NCBI GenBank assembly: GCA_044868105.1
Contig: JBIOWC010000122.1
Coordinates: 1-50,569 of the forward strand
Length of the DNA: 50,569 nt
Source: Blastocatellia bacterium
GTDB taxonomy: Bacteria; Acidobacteriota; Blastocatellia; UBA7656
Direction of reading: 5' to 3'
Below, one piece after another: positions 48,503 to 50,569 of the stretch (position 1 is its first letter; each line of letters starts with the position of its first letter). The notes beneath the pieces were generated by a model. It saw only the letters and a list, made by a program, of their open reading frames with translations. It was not told where the DNA came from and made no database searches. A program made the position numbers and the translations under genes.

Positions 48503-48776
48503 GCTTTCAGAAAACCATAGTGGCTTTGGTCGCGGCTCTTGCTGTGAGATTCAGCGCCGCAAAACAGGTTGGGAAACTCGCCTCTTGTAGAGATCCGGAT
48601 TTGGTTGTACCTCCTGCGATTTTCTCAAGGCACTCACCCGGCGCGCCGTTCCGCAAACCCCTGCCACACGCTAAAGACCTGCCATCCTGTGTCGAGCCCG
48701 GTTCGCCTAACGGCGCGACGCGCGGCCGGCATTTCGGGAGCCTCCTCTCAGCTTGTTAAAACAACAAGGCGTTTTA

Positions 48777-50569
48777 TCATTCCTCCAATTTAATTAGACT
48801 CGATTGAGCGAAAGTTGATTTTTGTCTGGCAAATATTTTGGTCATCTCAACGATGATGATAGGCGCGAGGATCGAGCCAGCTGCAATTATCCAATCTGTC
48901 AATGTTAAATTTGTCGTATCAAGCACTCGCGCCAGTGGGGTGAAGAAAATCGCCAGCAGTTGCAAAGCCAGTACGGCGGCCGCAGCCAGCCAAACAAACG
49001 GGTTGCGAAACAGACCTTCAATTGCCGAGCGGGTGCGCGAGCGGCAGTTGAAGAAGTGCCCGAGTTGCGCGCCGATCAGGGTCATCAAGGCGATCGTGCG
49101 GGCGTGCGCCCCTTCTCCATACGACTGTAATGCCCACCAGTAAGCCGCCAGACTGATTGCCGCAAGCATCGCCCCTTGCCAGGCGATAAGCAGGAGAAAG
49201 CGACGTGACAGGAGCGCCGACTGCGGCGAGCGCGGCGGGTATTGCATGATCTCCGGCGTCGCCGGTTCGACGGCGAGCGCAAAGGCCGGAAAGACGTCCG
49301 TGACCAGATTCATCCAGAGGATCTGCAGGGGCAGCAGGGGCAACGGCCAGCCAATAGCCACGGCAATGAAGATCATGATGACTTCGCCGAGGTTATCGGA
49401 AAACATCATGTGAATGAACTTGATGAGGTTGGCATAAATCGTGCGCCCCCCTTCAATCGCCATAACGATGGTCGCAAAGTTGTCGTCCGTGAGCACAATG
49501 GCGGCGGCTTCTTTAGCGACTTCGGTGCCGCGCTCGCCCATTGCCACACCGATGTCGGCGCGTTTCAGGGCCGGCGCATCATTGACCCCGTCGCCGGTGA
49601 CCGCAACAATCTCGCCGGCCTGCTTAAGAGCTTCGACAATACGTAGCTTATCTTCAGGAGAGATGCGTGCGAAGACGTTTGCCTCGCGCGCCAGTTCGGC
49701 GAGGCGTTTTGCGTCGGTGTCTTGAAGGTCGCGGGCGTGCAGGGCTTGTGGCTCAGCCCCGCCGCTCAATTTGAGTTCTCGGGCGATGGCGCGAGCCGTA
49801 TTGAGTTGATCGCCGGTGAGCATGACGACACGGATACCGGCCTGTCGTGCTTGCTCCAACGCTTGCGGAACTTCCGCGCGGGGCGGGTCAATCATGCCGA
49901 TAAAACCGAGGAAGGTATAGCCTTCAAAAACTTCTTGACCAGGCCGGGTAAGCAGTGACTGGCGGGCTTCCAGCGCTTCACCATTTGGTAAGCGCTTCTC
50001 AGCAAAAGCGAGTACGCGCAAGGCCTGGTCAGCCATTCGTTCGTTGGCAAAGGTGAACTCATCCCGAATTTCCGCACTGAGTAAGTGGGTGTCTGATGCG
50101 CTCTTCGCATACGCGGAACAGGCAGCCAAGACGACTGCGGGCGCCCCCTTGAGCCCTAAAAAGAAATTGCCCTCGTCGTCTTGATGAAGGGTAATCATTC
50201 TTTTTGTGAAGGCATCAAAGGGGATCTCGGCGATTTTCCGGTTCACAGTCCTGGCGGTCGGAACATCAATGCCTATTTGCTGCGCGGCGACCAGGAGAGC
50301 CGTTTCCGTAGGATCACCAACGGTATGCAACTCCCCGTCATCTTGCACAGCGGCGGCGGCCTCGTTACAGAGGACGGCGACCTGCAAGAGCTTCGAGCGG
50401 AGGTCTTCGTGCGCCGGTGGTAGTTGAAAATCGTCGGGGTTCACTACTGTTCCATCAGGCAAAAAGTATTGGCGCACGGTGAGGCGGTTCTCGGTTAGGG
50501 TTCCGGTTTTATCCGTGCATATGACCGTCGTGCCACCCAAGGTTTCTACAGCCGATAAACGTCGCCCGA
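48777..50569 (-). CDS. P-type cation-transporting ATPase (type II-like), N-terminal part outside the window
   Basis: The frame stays open to the window edge (...RRLSAVETLGGTTVICTDKTGTLT). Motifs: MLTGDQLNTARAIA and VTGDGVNDAPALKRADIGVAMG, plus C-terminal TM helices. Confidence 0.9.
   Translation of the reverse strand, partial: GRRLSAVETLGGTTVICTDKTGTLTENRLTVRQYFLPDGTVVNPDDFQLPPAHEDLRSKLLQVAVLCNEAAAAVQDDGELHTVGDPTETALLVAAQQIGIDVPTARTVNRKIAEIPFDAFTKRMITLHQDDEGNFFLGLKGAPAVVLAACSAYAKSASDTHLLSAEIRDEFTFANERMADQALRVLAFAEKRLPNGEALEARQSLLTRPGQEVFEGYTFLGFIGMIDPPRAEVPQALEQARQAGIRVVMLTGDQLNTARAIARELKLSGGAEPQALHARDLQDTDAKRLAELAREANVFARISPEDKLRIVEALKQAGEIVAVTGDGVNDAPALKRADIGVAMGERGTEVAKEAAAIVLTDDNFATIVMAIEGGRTIYANLIKFIHMMFSDNLGEVIMIFIAVAIGWPLPLLPLQILWMNLVTDVFPAFALAVEPATPEIMQYPPRSPQSALLSRRFLLLIAWQGAMLAAISLAAYWWALQSYGEGAHARTIALMTLIGAQLGHFFNCRSRTRSAIEGLFRNPFVWLAAAAVLALQLLAIFFTPLARVLDTTNLTLTDWIIAAGSILAPIIIVEMTKIFARQKSTFAQSSLIKLEE

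Overview
This 50.6-kb window is almost fully coding. Its gene content resembles a soil Gram-negative such as Acidobacteriota, with many CRTAC1/FG-GAP/UnbV proteins and an alternative complex III, but that assignment is inference only.

Left third (1-15.3 kb): a partial MsbA-type ABC exporter, an M28 peptidase, and a NitT/TauT-type ABC importer operon whose binding-protein gene carries an in-frame TGA. It also holds a cluster of CRTAC1/FG-GAP/UnbV proteins with an UnbU-like membrane protein, plus a small ANQ heptad-repeat protein.

Middle (15.5-25.6 kb): a decayed S9 peptidase, a LytS/LytTR two-component pair and a serine hydrolase. A tightly bounded high-GC two-gene island encodes an ABC ATPase and an ABC-2 permease fused to an M1 aminopeptidase. 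A roughly 190-bp upstream module occurs twice here, once with the two-component genes nested inside it.

Right half (25.8-45.8 kb): a nitrate-respiration and NO-stress block. On the plus strand sit a Crp/Fnr-family regulator, RIC/YtfE and a MobB-hemerythrin fusion. Converging on them is one long minus-strand gene string: Rrf2 (NsrR-like), NarC-like dihaem cytochrome c, narGHJI and actABCDE. It ends in a single ORF that fuses ActF to a NarK nitrate/nitrite transporter.

I consider the nar-ACIII co-operon and the ActF-NarK fusion the most unusual content. A roughly 350-bp composite palindrome lies upstream of this operon. The window ends with a PAS-LuxR regulator, small membrane proteins and a partial P-type ATPase.

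I saw no rRNA, tRNA, CRISPR array, transposase or integrase. All coordinates and motifs were read by eye, and no searches were run.
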